From the IMG/VR virus record IMGVR_UViG_3300023199_000154: DNA of 64,000 bases; one strand, given 5' to 3'. Each line of letters opens with the position of its first letter. Positions within the stretch are counted from its first letter, which is position 1. Positions 1-9,658 of the stretch are shown here, one piece after another. The notes beneath the pieces were generated by a model. That model was not told the origin of the DNA and searched no databases. It saw nothing but the letters and a program-made list of their open reading frames with translations. The stretch comes from an uncultured virus (IMG/VR IMGVR_UViG_3300023199_000154) (lineage: Duplodnaviria; Heunggongvirae; Uroviricota; Caudoviricetes). The translations under genes and the position numbers were made by a program.

Positions 1-261
1 CCCTATCAGCCCGAATACCCGCAATCGCTGCAGAGTGAGCTCTCCTTGCCCATGGGAACCCTGCAATGGGGGCAGGGGTTGCTGTTGTGGAGAGCCTCCA
101 GGAGGTAATCGATCCAGCTTCGGCCGCCGGGGGCGCAATCGCACTCGTCGCCGCTGCCTTGGGTGAAGGAGCACAGCGTGCTGTGCTCCATCGAGCCCCA
201 GAACAGGTATTCGAGCTCGAGTGCGTACTGCGTCTGCTTGGCGAGAAGCTCCTCGAGCTCG

Positions 262-1023
262 TCACGCCGTATCGGGTGAGGACCCTGAACGGTCGTCATC
301 AGAGGCGACAGGATGTTCGGCTTCTTCTTCCTCATGGCATTCTCCTAGGGCGGGGTCGCACCATCCGCGGTTGAGGGTCCCATCGCACTGTGACTCGAAC
401 CAGCCGTCGTCGGTGCGGTCGTCGATGCCGCGGCCGCCCCAATGGTCGGCGCGGTACCGGCAAGACGGAGGAGGCGGTGTGGAGCGGAGGTCGGCTCGTG
501 CTGCTGCGATGGCGGCCATCCAGCGCGGCCGCGCTTCGGACCACGGCTCGGTGCGGTTGTACGCGGGTGGCCTTGCGCCGTCGAGTCGAAGTTGGGCAAT
601 CCAGCGCGTGCGGTCGCTTCGCGGTGGTGCAACTCCGGTTGCTCGGGAGGAGTAGGCCTTCATTGCGCGGAGGCTTGGACGGTCACTGCCGGCTACGCGC
701 GCGAGGACGTGGAACAGCAGTCGGTGATCTGCGCGATTGCCCCCTTCGTGCTCATGGAAGTAGATGCGAGCGAGGCATTCGACGGGGCCGGCGCATTCTG
801 TTGGCTGCCATCCCTGAGCGGATGTGGCGTCGATGGCGTTGGGAGAGGCTGGTTCGAGTTGGCCCTCGATGAGGATCGGCTCCATGCGGATGACATACGG
901 CATGCGCTCGATCTTCTTCACCACGAACCCCCCCTCTCTTTCCCCGTGGGTGGAGGCGGTCATGGTGGTGAGGGATGTGGCGAGAAGCGCGATCCAGATT
1001 GAATGCGGAAGCAATTTCTTCAT
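262..1023 (-). CDS. Secreted SleB-like cell wall hydrolase (putative)
   Basis: N-terminal hydrophobic signal; CLARIYFHE resembles the SleB/Hydrolase_2 CLAxxIYFE catalytic motif. Confidence 0.5.
   Translation of the reverse strand: MKKLLPHSIWIALLATSLTTMTASTHGEREGGFVVKKIERMPYVIRMEPILIEGQLEPASPNAIDATSAQGWQPTECAGPVECLARIYFHEHEGGNRADHRLLFHVLARVAGSDRPSLRAMKAYSSRATGVAPPRSDRTRWIAQLRLDGARPPAYNRTEPWSEARPRWMAAIAAARADLRSTPPPPSCRYRADHWGGRGIDDRTDDGWFESQCDGTLNRGWCDPALGECHEEEEAEHPVASDDDRSGSSPDTA
925..950 (+). repeat. Dispersed motif copy 1 (inside CDS)
   Basis: GAA CCCCCCC TCTCTTT CCCCGTGGG. Confidence 0.8.
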
Positions 1024-1213
1024 GGGTCTCTCCTTCGGATGGGGCCCTTATCAGGGGTCAGGGCTCATCGGCAAGCCACGTCGGGGCGACGCCGTCGATT
1101 TCTCCGCTTGCCTGATCTGTGGTCAGGAACATGCTGGTCGTCACCTCGTAGAGGGTCACGTTCCCGGCAGGCGTCTTCTTCAGTTTCTCTCGCTTGCTCA
1201 TGCTGCTCCTCCG

Positions 1214-1546
1214 TCATCCATTGGGTCGATACCAGAAGGTGAACTTCGCCTTCACCAGGTCGCGTACTCGGCGCACGAGCTCGTTGCCGCCCAGCTCCTT
1301 CCAGTCGGCCTTGTGCGCCTTGAGCGCTTCGGCCATTTGCCGGTGCGGGATCCGGTGCGCGCTGAAGTCCCACGGCTCGATGCCGCAAGCTTCCGCGAGC
1401 AGCTTGCTCGATTGCGTCGTCGCGCAGTGATGCGGGGTGAGCAAGATCGGTGTCCCTTCGGGCACCGGCTTGATCTCGTAGTCGGTATGCGCCGCGATCG
1501 AGTCGGTGTACCGCCCGATTGCCAATAGCTCGGCGTTCATGCCCAT
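1214..1546 (-). CDS. Hypothetical protein
   Basis: ORF with purine-rich upstream sequence and coding-like composition. Confidence 0.6.
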   Translation of the reverse strand: MGMNAELLAIGRYTDSIAAHTDYEIKPVPEGTPILLTPHHCATTQSSKLLAEACGIEPWDFSAHRIPHRQMAEALKAHKADWKELGGNELVRRVRDLVKAKFTFWYRPNG

Positions 1547-1650
1547 CCTCACCCTCCTCTCGGGCCAGTCCATCGTTCGTGCTCCCGTAGAAAAAAGGAC
1601 CTCCGCGGGGGGTCAAGGGGTTCCGCCTGACGAGCCCACAGCCCACAGCA

Positions 1651-1857
1651 TCATTGCTGCGGGGTGCTCGTCCTCAGCTTCCACAGACGGCGCTCGTACA
1701 TCGGGTCGCCGTCGTGCTCGAGCTTGCCGCGCCGCGAGAGCTCGACGATCGTCAGCCGCGTGGCCTCGATGTCCCAGCCCATCTCCTCGGCGAGGCGTGC
1801 GTACGAAATCGGGCCGTGCGCGGCGAGGGCCTTCTTGACCTTCTGGTAGAACGTCAC
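1651..1857 (-). CDS. Small winged-helix DNA-binding protein (putative)
   Basis: GTG start overlapping the upstream stop; ALAAHGPISYARLAEEMGW...LSRRGKL wHTH pattern. Confidence 0.55.
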   Translation of the reverse strand: MTFYQKVKKALAAHGPISYARLAEEMGWDIEATRLTIVELSRRGKLEHDGDPMYERRLWKLRTSTPQQ

Positions 1858-2156
1858 AGATCGATGTCCTTGAGGTTTACTCGCATCCCGTGGCCTACGA
1901 GCACCTTGATGTCCACCCCTGCACGCTTGGCCTTCATCGCCGCATCCCGCCTCGAGTAGTGAGTCGAGACGGTGTGCGCCACCTGCTGCCCGTAACAGGG
2001 CACGCTCCGTGGCGCGTTGCACGACGGGCAGGCAGCATACAGCACCGAGGGGTCGGTGCGCATGTAGCGGTGAGGGTTCGTGGGGTCGGGTGCGAAGACG
2101 ATCGTAGGCCCACCCGACAGCATCACGAGAACTGCCTGCCCGAGCGGCTTGGGCAT
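1854..2156 (-). CDS. Zinc-finger-like hypothetical protein
   Basis: CPSC..C..H pattern; translationally coupled. Confidence 0.55.
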   Translation of the reverse strand: MPKPLGQAVLVMLSGGPTIVFAPDPTNPHRYMRTDPSVLYAACPSCNAPRSVPCYGQQVAHTVSTHYSRRDAAMKAKRAGVDIKVLVGHGMRVNLKDIDL

Positions 2157-2602
2157 CAGGCATCGCCCTTCGGAATCTGGATCCCGTGCGAGTGAATCGC
2201 GCTGATGATTGCTGCCGCGTTTGCCCTCGCCCAGCTCGACCAAAACTTCTTCGCGAGCAGCGTGTCGTCAGCCTTCCGAGCGACTGCCTCGACGAACATC
2301 GGCCAGTCCTCCTGGTCTCCGTCGATGAACGGACCGATGATCAGCGTGAAGTCCGGGTACGGAGGCTTGTGCAGGATGACGCAGGCGTGGTCGGCATGCT
2401 CGGTGTCGTCGTCCTTGTGCTTCACGCGATGGGCGAATATCGCGTAGATGTCGTCGGGCGAAAACCCCATCTGCCGAAGGAGCTGGCATGCGCACCAGAT
2501 CTCCCAAAGCAGGGGACGTGCTTTGGCGACATCGAACGACTCGACCTGCTCGTCGGTAGGTGCCGGCACGTCTGCTTTCTCGAGATCCATCTCGTCGTTC
2601 AT
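2156..2602 (-). CDS. Hypothetical protein
   Basis: Coupled ORF (MNDEMDL start). Confidence 0.6.
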   Translation of the reverse strand: MNDEMDLEKADVPAPTDEQVESFDVAKARPLLWEIWCACQLLRQMGFSPDDIYAIFAHRVKHKDDDTEHADHACVILHKPPYPDFTLIIGPFIDGDQEDWPMFVEAVARKADDTLLAKKFWSSWARANAAAIISAIHSHGIQIPKGDA

Positions 2603-2952
2603 GATGAGACGAGCTCCTTCTGCTGGGCGATCCATTCACTCACCACGAGCGTGCCACGGTCGCCCTCCGAGGCGACTTCACTCTCGGGCGAGACCTGGCT
2701 CTTCGGAAACCACTCCTCACGCCCATCGGGCAACAGGATGCAGAGCGCTTTCGGGGTTTCGGCCTTGCACTCCGCGTTGTCCACGTCGAACCACTCGTCG
2801 GTTTTGTTGCCACCGCCGAGACCCGACGTGGTTTTCGCAGGCACGCTCTCGCTCGCGGATAGCTGCTTGAGCTCCTGGCGCGCGTCGTCGATGTACTTCG
2901 TTGCGAGCCGGAGCTTCTTGGCGATGCTCTTGGTCAAGTCCGTGTCGTCCAT
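2599..2952 (-). CDS. Phage protein with ETxKA...WxPKSQ motif
   Basis: ETPKALCILLPDGREEWFPKSQV, a pattern common in small phage proteins. Confidence 0.65.
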   Translation of the reverse strand: MDDTDLTKSIAKKLRLATKYIDDARQELKQLSASESVPAKTTSGLGGGNKTDEWFDVDNAECKAETPKALCILLPDGREEWFPKSQVSPESEVASEGDRGTLVVSEWIAQQKELVSS

Positions 2953-2959
2953 GTCTCTC

Positions 2960-3382
2960 CTATCGGTTCGGCAGGTGAATCGGGAAGACGAAACAGGGTA
3001 TGCCCACCAGGGCCGCTTCGGTCACCGTGTTCTGCGTGCCCTTGGACCGGATGCCGACTGCAGGAAGCGCGATGCACCGCGGGCGTCTGAACCGCGAGGC
3101 TGCGTCGGCCATGGCCTGATTGCGAGCGTGGAAGGCATGGGGCTTGGGACCGACGGGCGGATACGAGACGACCTCGATCTCGGGCGGACGTACCTGGTTG
3201 TCGGCCCACCAGGCAGCGAGGGAATCGACTCCAGGGTTCCCCGGTCCGGCCCCGTGGAACAGGCGACGCGGCAGGCCCCGTTTGTCGCGGATGCGGTTGA
3301 GCACCGCGGCCACCTGTGCGTAGTCGGATGCCTGGCGAGTGCCGCACACGATCCACACATCGTCGGGACGCTGACGCTTCAC
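2960..3382 (-). CDS. SLOG/YspA-like (DUF2493-type) protein
   Basis: IVCGTR, HGAG..GVDSLA, RNQAM and SKGT motifs. Confidence 0.7.
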   Translation of the reverse strand: MKRQRPDDVWIVCGTRQASDYAQVAAVLNRIRDKRGLPRRLFHGAGPGNPGVDSLAAWWADNQVRPPEIEVVSYPPVGPKPHAFHARNQAMADAASRFRRPRCIALPAVGIRSKGTQNTVTEAALVGIPCFVFPIHLPNR

Positions 3383-3981
3383 GAGAGCGTTCTTTCCTGT
3401 GGTGGCACGTACTCCATGCCGACGGCTTCGAAGTAGGCGCGCTCGGTCGGTACCGGGATGGCTTCCATGTTGCGGTCGAGCACGCGGCCCTTGTGGAACG
3501 TGACCCCCTCACGACGCTTGGCGTCCTCGATCACGCGCTTGTTCCATTCGGCTGGACCGGTGCGCAGGCAGAAGATGTAGCCCCACTGGTGGGGGTCTTC
3601 GACGATGAACAGGTCGATGGGGATCCCTGTCGCCTTGTCCCGGAGCAGCTTCATCTTCGGCCCATCGCCCATGGGCTTTCCAGTGTCGGGGTTCATGCGA
3701 AGGACCATCCCCCCTTCCTCGCATCGGTTGTAGGAGTCGATGCCAAGAGGAAGCATCGACTCGACCGACTCGGACTGACCAAACAGGTCTTCTCTCGTAC
3801 TGCGGTACTTCGGCAGGGCCACGATCTCGATATCCTTCACCCGCGGCTTGCGCCGGCGGATGGAGCCGGCGATGCGCACCTTCTGGCAGAAGGGCTCGAG
3901 GTGGTGGACGATGGCTTTTGCCACCATCGCCGCATAGGCCCACTCGAAGGGTCGGTCCTTGCCCTGGTGCTGAACGCTCAC
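3379..3981 (-). CDS. DNA polymerase X family nucleotidyltransferase (minimal palm/thumb)
   Basis: IAGSIRR..KDIEIV, IDLF, RTGPAEWN and TERAYFEAVGMEYVPP motifs; GTG start overlapping the upstream stop. Confidence 0.85.
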   Translation of the reverse strand: MSVQHQGKDRPFEWAYAAMVAKAIVHHLEPFCQKVRIAGSIRRRKPRVKDIEIVALPKYRSTREDLFGQSESVESMLPLGIDSYNRCEEGGMVLRMNPDTGKPMGDGPKMKLLRDKATGIPIDLFIVEDPHQWGYIFCLRTGPAEWNKRVIEDAKRREGVTFHKGRVLDRNMEAIPVPTERAYFEAVGMEYVPPQERTLS

Positions 3982-4529
3982 GGCAACTCGGGATGGATCA
4001 TGTCGCGGTAGAACCGGTAGGTCTCGATCGCAGCCTTGCAGTCGTCCATCGCCTTGTGCGGGCGAGGGTGGTTGTCGTTGTACTCCTTCGCCATCGCGCC
4101 GAAGTGCGGGTGGTCTTCGAGGAAGCGGCGGATGGAGGAGACGTCGAGCACCCGATGCGATAGGTGCGCCGCGAACGTGGGCATCTGCGCCATGACGAAA
4201 TTGCGGTCGAAGTGGACGCTGAATCCGGCGAGGATGATGCGATCGCCCTCGGGATCGGGTTGCGTGGTAAGCGCGAGGTGACGCATCAGGTCCACCTCGA
4301 GGCTGTGAAGCGTGACCTGCGACACGGAGCAACGCTGAATCAGTCCTGTCTCGGTGTGCATCTGCCGCACGTATGCGTTGCACTGCCGGAGGATGACGGT
4401 CTCGGGGTACCCAACGGCCATGGGCCCGAACTGCTGGATGTGGCCCTGCTCGTAGATAGCCGCGAGCTCGAGGATGAGGTCTCGCTCCGGATCGATTCCG
4501 GTCGTCTCTAGGTCCAGCCACAAGATCAC
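3978..4529 (-). CDS. Oligoribonuclease-like DEDDh exonuclease
   Basis: WLDLETTG, GFSVHFDR, HRVLDVSS and HKAMDD motifs. Confidence 0.85.
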   Translation of the reverse strand: MILWLDLETTGIDPERDLILELAAIYEQGHIQQFGPMAVGYPETVILRQCNAYVRQMHTETGLIQRCSVSQVTLHSLEVDLMRHLALTTQPDPEGDRIILAGFSVHFDRNFVMAQMPTFAAHLSHRVLDVSSIRRFLEDHPHFGAMAKEYNDNHPRPHKAMDDCKAAIETYRFYRDMIHPELP

Positions 4530-5110
4530 AACTCCACCTCCATGTCGTCGTCGTCCTCTGAGTGCTTGGCGGCCAGCGACTCGATCGGCTCACCGAGCAC
4601 CACCGCCAACGGGTCGTCGCAGTACGAGCACGTGCCGTCGGACTCCTTGTCCTGTCCGCATCCCCGGCAGTAATCGTTCCGGGACGGCCCCAGGGCCTCC
4701 TCCACGGTCATTTGGCGGGGGTCGGCGCCCATGGCCCGGGAGGGGGTGTGCGCGGCGTCCGTGGGCGCCTGTGCGGACGCCCGTGCCCGTCCAGCGGCCG
4801 CGTTGCGCCGGTCCGCCTCGTCGCCGTGCAGGTGGCAATCGGCGGCGTGCAGGCCGTCCTCGTCCACGTAGCAACGGCACCCCGGCTCGCCGATCGGACC
4901 GTTCGGCAGGTCGCTCAGGGCCCGGAGGAAAGCGTGCCGGAGCTTCTTGGACCGCCACATGCGCTCGATGGGGTCGTCGTCGGTGTTGCCGCCGAGCGTG
5001 TAGCGGGCAAATACGAAGGAGGCGATGCGCGTCCTCGCCGCCGCAGTCTCGAGCTTGTCGAGCTCTCGGATGCAGGCGTTGAGCGCCTTGATCTCAGGGT
5101 CCATCGCCAC
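4526..5110 (-). CDS. Hypothetical protein with Cys motifs
   Basis: Coupled ORF with CxxC pairs. Confidence 0.6.
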   Translation of the reverse strand: MAMDPEIKALNACIRELDKLETAAARTRIASFVFARYTLGGNTDDDPIERMWRSKKLRHAFLRALSDLPNGPIGEPGCRCYVDEDGLHAADCHLHGDEADRRNAAAGRARASAQAPTDAAHTPSRAMGADPRQMTVEEALGPSRNDYCRGCGQDKESDGTCSYCDDPLAVVLGEPIESLAAKHSEDDDDMEVEL

Positions 5111-5468
5111 GGGCGCTCTCCCTTAGCTCGAAGGAGCAGTCATGCATCACGGTGCATCGCATCTTGGGTGGCAGCCCCCTCGCGACGAGCTTGGCGTTGG
5201 CGAGGTGCTGGATGACCCCCGAGGTCAGCTCGATCAGGTCCCGGAAGTCCTTCCGCTGCGCATCAGTCACCATGTCCTCGATGAACGCGATGCCCAAGGC
5301 GCCGTCGTCGAGGAGGTGGCAGTGGACTTCGGTTTGGATGGAGCGACTCTCGAAGGTGCGCTTCAGGTCCCGTGCGTGCGATTCCATCACATGCTGCAGC
5401 TCGGGGCTGACGTTATCGGGACCCCTGTCATACCCTTCGACCTCGATCACGAGAAGCGTGCCCTTCAT
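5094..5468 (-). CDS. Hypothetical protein
   Basis: ATGA overlap with the parB stop. Confidence 0.6.
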   Translation of the reverse strand: MKGTLLVIEVEGYDRGPDNVSPELQHVMESHARDLKRTFESRSIQTEVHCHLLDDGALGIAFIEDMVTDAQRKDFRDLIELTSGVIQHLANAKLVARGLPPKMRCTVMHDCSFELRESARGDGP

Positions 5469-7237
5469 GCGGCCTCTGGACCCGTTGTGGGCGGCTCGGT
5501 GTCGTCCGATTCGTTCTTCTTGGACTTCTTCTTCGAGGAAGACTTCTTCGAGGAGGCCTTCTTGCCGTTCTTCTTCTTGGACGACTCGCGCTTCTTGCGG
5601 CGCGCGTCCTGTTCGTCCCACTTCGACTTGAGCTCGGCGAGGTTCTTGTCCATCACCTCGTTGAGCGGCACGGCGAGATGGTTCATGGCCATCTCGAACG
5701 GCTCGCTGATGACCTGGTGACCTCGGTAGTGGCGCAGCGCGTAGCGCATGATCACGTCTACCGGATCGAGTTTGCCGCTGGTCATGTCGGCATGCATGGC
5801 CTTGATGACGGCATCGTTGTCTCGCTGCGGGTCGTAGTCCTCCTGTGCGTAGTCGAGGCTCTGCGCGACGCGGCCCATATAGTCCGAGTCGAGAAGCATG
5901 ACGGCGGTGGCGATGAGCCGGTCGTTCAGCGACCGGTCCTTTACCTGCTGGATGTATTCGCGGAAGGTCGGGTCTTCGAGCGCGATGCGGGTGCAGATCT
6001 CGACCACCCCCGCGATGGTCCGATTCGTCTCGTTCTCTCGCTTGCGCTTGAGCCGATCGGTCTTCTCCTTCGGAGTGAGCGTGCCATCGCCGCTCTTCGA
6101 GGTCCTCTTGCGCATCATCGACTTGGCCTTCTTCGAGTCGATGAGATACCGGATGGTTCCAGATGCGTCACGTGCGAGCACGATGTCCTTGGGGTCGGGC
6201 TCGAGCACCTCGAACATGGGCTTGCCGTCGTGGCTCCAGCTCGAGCGCATCAGGTCGTCGTACTCCGCATCGTAGACGAGGTTGTTCGCGCCACCGAACG
6301 CCTTCTTGGCGGCCTTCTTGGTGAGGACGGTACCGCCGATCTTCATGTGGTCCGCATGCAGCCGCTTCCACGTCTCGTCCATCTTCGCCGAATAGCAGGC
6401 GCGGTCGGTGCATCGTCCCTTCGTCTTCACGTCCGCATCGAACAGAGTCTCCTGCGGTTCGTTGCCGGTCATCTTCGGGCACGTGGTACAGGGTCCGGCT
6501 GCGGGGAGGAGATTGTCGTCGGCGGGATCCCATGGCACCGACTCGATGTTGCGCATCATGCTCTCGACCTGATGTCGAGTGGAGAACAGGCTCGACGGCT
6601 CGAAGGGCTCGTCGTCTTCGCGCTCGATCTCCTTCTCGCTGACCGACACCTTCTTGTGCATGCCGCTGTGTCCATAGGCGGCGAACCGACCAGCCTCATC
6701 CTGATCTTGCTCGTCGTGGAGCTGGGAGATCACCAGGGCGTGACCCAGCTCGAACCGGCCGTTGAGGAACAGCTCGCGGTTCTGGTTGGTGAGCGCGAGC
6801 AGGCGCATCCGGCTGTGGATGTACTGGACCGACTTGCCGATCTTCGCCGCGAGCTGCTCGACGGTGTAGCCCAGCTCGAGCACCATCGCCTCGAACGACA
6901 GCGCCTCCTCCATCGAGTGCACGTCTTCGCGCTGGGCGTTCTCGACGTGCTGCATCTCGCGGACCTGCTCGTCGGTCATGTCGCGGATGAGGCACGGCAC
7001 CGTGGGAAGCCCAACCTTGATGGCCGCCCGCTTGCGCCGATGTCCGACGATGCACTCGTAATTCCCTTTGAGACCATCTCCAATCGGCCGAACGATGAGT
7101 GGTTCGATGACGCCGACTTCGGCGAAGGAGTCAGCCAGCTCGGCGATGGACTCGTTCGAGTAGTGCTGGCGAGGGTTGGTGGGGCTGTCTTCGATGATCT
7201 CCGGTGCGATGTCGTAGATGCGTTCCTGCTCGGTCAT
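5465..7237 (-). CDS. parB: ParB/Spo0J family protein (long, PRTRC-ParB-like, basic C-terminal tail)
   Basis: NPR, GVIEPLIVRP, GHRRKRA, ENAQREDV, HTH and CxxC..C..C; start moved to MTEQER after the RBS. Confidence 0.9.
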   Translation of the reverse strand: MTEQERIYDIAPEIIEDSPTNPRQHYSNESIAELADSFAEVGVIEPLIVRPIGDGLKGNYECIVGHRRKRAAIKVGLPTVPCLIRDMTDEQVREMQHVENAQREDVHSMEEALSFEAMVLELGYTVEQLAAKIGKSVQYIHSRMRLLALTNQNRELFLNGRFELGHALVISQLHDEQDQDEAGRFAAYGHSGMHKKVSVSEKEIEREDDEPFEPSSLFSTRHQVESMMRNIESVPWDPADDNLLPAAGPCTTCPKMTGNEPQETLFDADVKTKGRCTDRACYSAKMDETWKRLHADHMKIGGTVLTKKAAKKAFGGANNLVYDAEYDDLMRSSWSHDGKPMFEVLEPDPKDIVLARDASGTIRYLIDSKKAKSMMRKRTSKSGDGTLTPKEKTDRLKRKRENETNRTIAGVVEICTRIALEDPTFREYIQQVKDRSLNDRLIATAVMLLDSDYMGRVAQSLDYAQEDYDPQRDNDAVIKAMHADMTSGKLDPVDVIMRYALRHYRGHQVISEPFEMAMNHLAVPLNEVMDKNLAELKSKWDEQDARRKKRESSKKKNGKKASSKKSSSKKKSKKNESDDTEPPTTGPEAA

Positions 7238-7257
7238 GTTGGTTCCTTTCGGTTTGC

Positions 7258-7668
7258 TCAGGTCACGTGGCAGTGAATCACGGTGCCCAGGTAGGCGATG
7301 ACGTAGCCTCGTGCTCGCACGTATCCCTCCACGCAGCATGGTTGGGAGACCAGCAGAGGCGGAAACCACAGTGGGGTGGTCATCGGAAGGGGCGTTGCGA
7401 AGTGGTGCTCGACGAGCGTCTTGTCGAGATGCATCAGGCGAATGTCCACCTCTGCAACGAGGTGATGCTGTCCTCTCGTTTCGACGAGCAGTCCGCCTAC
7501 CATGTTGAACGAGACGCCTTGATTCTCGTAGCGAAACGATCGGGTGGCGGCGAGATCGTACTTCACCCACTCCTCCCGAAGCTCATCGGTGTGAGCCACC
7601 ACGCCGCGCGAGCAGTACATGTCTCGACCCTCCACCGGGTGGAAATGCTTGTCGAGCAAGGTGCTCAT
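7258..7668 (-). CDS. Hypothetical protein
   Basis: Coupled ORF. Confidence 0.55.
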   Translation of the reverse strand: MSTLLDKHFHPVEGRDMYCSRGVVAHTDELREEWVKYDLAATRSFRYENQGVSFNMVGGLLVETRGQHHLVAEVDIRLMHLDKTLVEHHFATPLPMTTPLWFPPLLVSQPCCVEGYVRARGYVIAYLGTVIHCHVT

Positions 7669-8294
7669 GACCCGTACTCGATTTCGGCAAGCGCCGCGTC
7701 ACGCGCACGGTTGAGCAGCACCATCTCGTCGTGGGTGCCGCCGTAGTCCGGGTGCCGCTTGCGGACGAGCGCGCGGTACAGGTTGTCGATGAGGGCACGA
7801 TCGACCTTCGTGTCGGCGTCGATGCCGAACACCTGCCGCCACCAGCCTTGATGCATCCCCGCTTCGGCCGGGAGCGCGTTGAACCCGCGGTACGCGCGCT
7901 CGAGGAGCTGCGAGGCGCCCGAGCGCTCGATCTGCCGGATCCCCGCCACTGCGTAATACAGCGCCCTCATGTTGTGGTGGAGCATCGTCCACATATCGCA
8001 GGCCAGCGACCAAGTACGACCCTCGGAGTCGGTCCAGTAGATGGCGGCACCAGGATCCCTCGGATAGCGACTTGCGTTCGCGTAGGGAGCACCGTCCTTC
8101 CGCGTTGGCATGTTCGTAGACAACACCACGTCGCGAGCGCCCTCGATCTTGGCCACCTCATCAACCAGCTCGACACGAGCCCTGTTGGGAGTGACCCGAT
8201 ATCTCGAGTTGTCGCGTCGCTTCTCCGGTGGCGTGCGCGGCCACCCGTCAGGCCACTGAAGTGGGTACGCATCGGGAATCTTGACCGTCTTCAC
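7665..8294 (-). CDS. Phage J-domain (DnaJ-like) protein
   Basis: AYPLQWPDGWPRT N-terminus; C-terminal YRALVRKRHPDYGG J-domain. Confidence 0.85.
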   Translation of the reverse strand: MKTVKIPDAYPLQWPDGWPRTPPEKRRDNSRYRVTPNRARVELVDEVAKIEGARDVVLSTNMPTRKDGAPYANASRYPRDPGAAIYWTDSEGRTWSLACDMWTMLHHNMRALYYAVAGIRQIERSGASQLLERAYRGFNALPAEAGMHQGWWRQVFGIDADTKVDRALIDNLYRALVRKRHPDYGGTHDEMVLLNRARDAALAEIEYGS

Positions 8295-9401
8295 TTATCC
8301 CTCCACCGACCGAATCGCATCGGCCATTACCCCGCTTGCGATCTCGTGAGAGCCATCGCTGGTCTTCCTGGTGATACCCAGCATTTCCATCTCCTCGAGC
8401 ACGCGGGTGGAGATCGAGGTGTGGACACGCATCGTGCGCGCGACGTCCTTGCTTCGATTCCTCCCGTTCGCGAGTGCCTTCATCGCCAGCAGACGGGGGA
8501 ATGGAAGGCTGTCGAGGGTGATGCGGTAGATCATCTCCTTGATGAAGTCCCACCCGGTCCCCATCGCGCGCGCAGCGAGCGCCACAAGCACGAGCTGCTT
8601 GGTGACGCGCGTCCCGACTTCCACCGGCATTGCCGGGAAGTGAACGTCCTTGGTGTAGGTGTCGCGCTGAATGGTCGACCTGGCACGCGACAGGTACAAG
8701 CCGCACTCGCTGATGACGTCGAGCAGGTCGTGCGGGAGCTTCCTCCGATCGGGGTTGATGTAGAACTCCTCGATGAAGGTCCGGCTCGCCTCACCCAGCT
8801 CCTCGCGCATCATCGACTCGGTGCCCGTATTGCGGAGAGCGGCGCGGATTAGCTCCCGGTCGTAGCTCAGGTCGTAGGTGTCGCGGATGCGGATGTAGAG
8901 GAAGCGCTCGCCGAGCGCGGCCTCGTTCGCACGATCGAACTCGATCGCCTGCGTCGTGCCGCCGAGCATGCCGAACTTGCCGCTCCATTCCTCATCCCCA
9001 CGGCCATGCCACTTGTGCAGTTTGCCGTTGAACGCCTGGCGGAAGAACGAATAGATCGCCTGCTTCGACTCCTTCGGAAGGGCGCTGAGACCGCTCATGT
9101 CCTCGACGATGAGGAGCGCGTGGGGGTGGGTGAGTCGATGGAGCATCGAGTACTCCTCGCCTTGCCCGGACAGCAGAGCATTGGGCGTGAGCGTCGAGGC
9201 GTCGACTACGCCTTCGGCTCCGTACATCGGCATCAAGAGCTGCGTCTTGCCGCCGCCAGCGCGACCGATGACCATCGCCCAGACGGGCACACCGTCGTAG
9301 CGGTTGGCGAGGACGACGGCGTAGATCAATCGCAGCAAATGGGGGTCGTGGTCGAGCGACAGGTACTTCCTGTACACGCTCTCCAGCTCGTGGAATTCCA
9401 T
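8295..9401 (-). CDS. P-loop ATPase/helicase-like replication protein with C-terminal wHTH
   Basis: Walker A GRAGGGKT, Walker B LLIVED, LGERFL. Confidence 0.75.
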   Translation of the reverse strand: MEFHELESVYRKYLSLDHDPHLLRLIYAVVLANRYDGVPVWAMVIGRAGGGKTQLLMPMYGAEGVVDASTLTPNALLSGQGEEYSMLHRLTHPHALLIVEDMSGLSALPKESKQAIYSFFRQAFNGKLHKWHGRGDEEWSGKFGMLGGTTQAIEFDRANEAALGERFLYIRIRDTYDLSYDRELIRAALRNTGTESMMREELGEASRTFIEEFYINPDRRKLPHDLLDVISECGLYLSRARSTIQRDTYTKDVHFPAMPVEVGTRVTKQLVLVALAARAMGTGWDFIKEMIYRITLDSLPFPRLLAMKALANGRNRSKDVARTMRVHTSISTRVLEEMEMLGITRKTSDGSHEIASGVMADAIRSVEG

Positions 9402-9457
9402 CGTGTGTCTTTCCCCATTGCCTCGACAGCCACACGAGCGAGCATTACAGGGTCTAC

Positions 9458-9623
9458 GGACCCCCCCATTGCTACCCCGTGGGGGGAAGGGTGCATGCGG
9501 GCATCAGCGGCGGGACTCCACGGGTCACCGGGTGTGAGGGGGGGTTAGAGCACAGTGCCGGCTCTTGGCTGCCCCTCCATCTGATGCGCGCGCCTCCCCC
9601 ACGGGGTAGCAATGGGGGGGGTC
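9458..9623. repeat. Inverted pair of dispersed motif (copies 2 and 3), candidate origin or regulatory site
   Basis: 9459-9486 GAC7ATTGCTACCCCGTG6 and its near-perfect reverse complement at 9596-9623, intergenic between the ATPase and SSB-like genes. Confidence 0.9.
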
Positions 9624-9658
9624 AGGTCAGACCCCGCCCGTGCGGCCATCGCCGAGCT

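Noticed and set aside
1602..1624. Possible extra motif copy (also half-sites near 11858 and 42028)
   Set aside because: Spacing is too short or the C-run half is missing; not counted among the 13.
5678..7276. Long plus-strand ORFs (e.g. 5678-7276, 27156-28622, 34507-35874, 55570-57216)
   Set aside because: Antisense shadows of well-supported minus-strand genes, expected in high-GC DNA.
9432..9441. ACACGAGCGA upstream of both identical motif copies (also 37451-37460)
   Set aside because: Only 10 bp, at different distances from the motif, and absent from other copies; may be chance.
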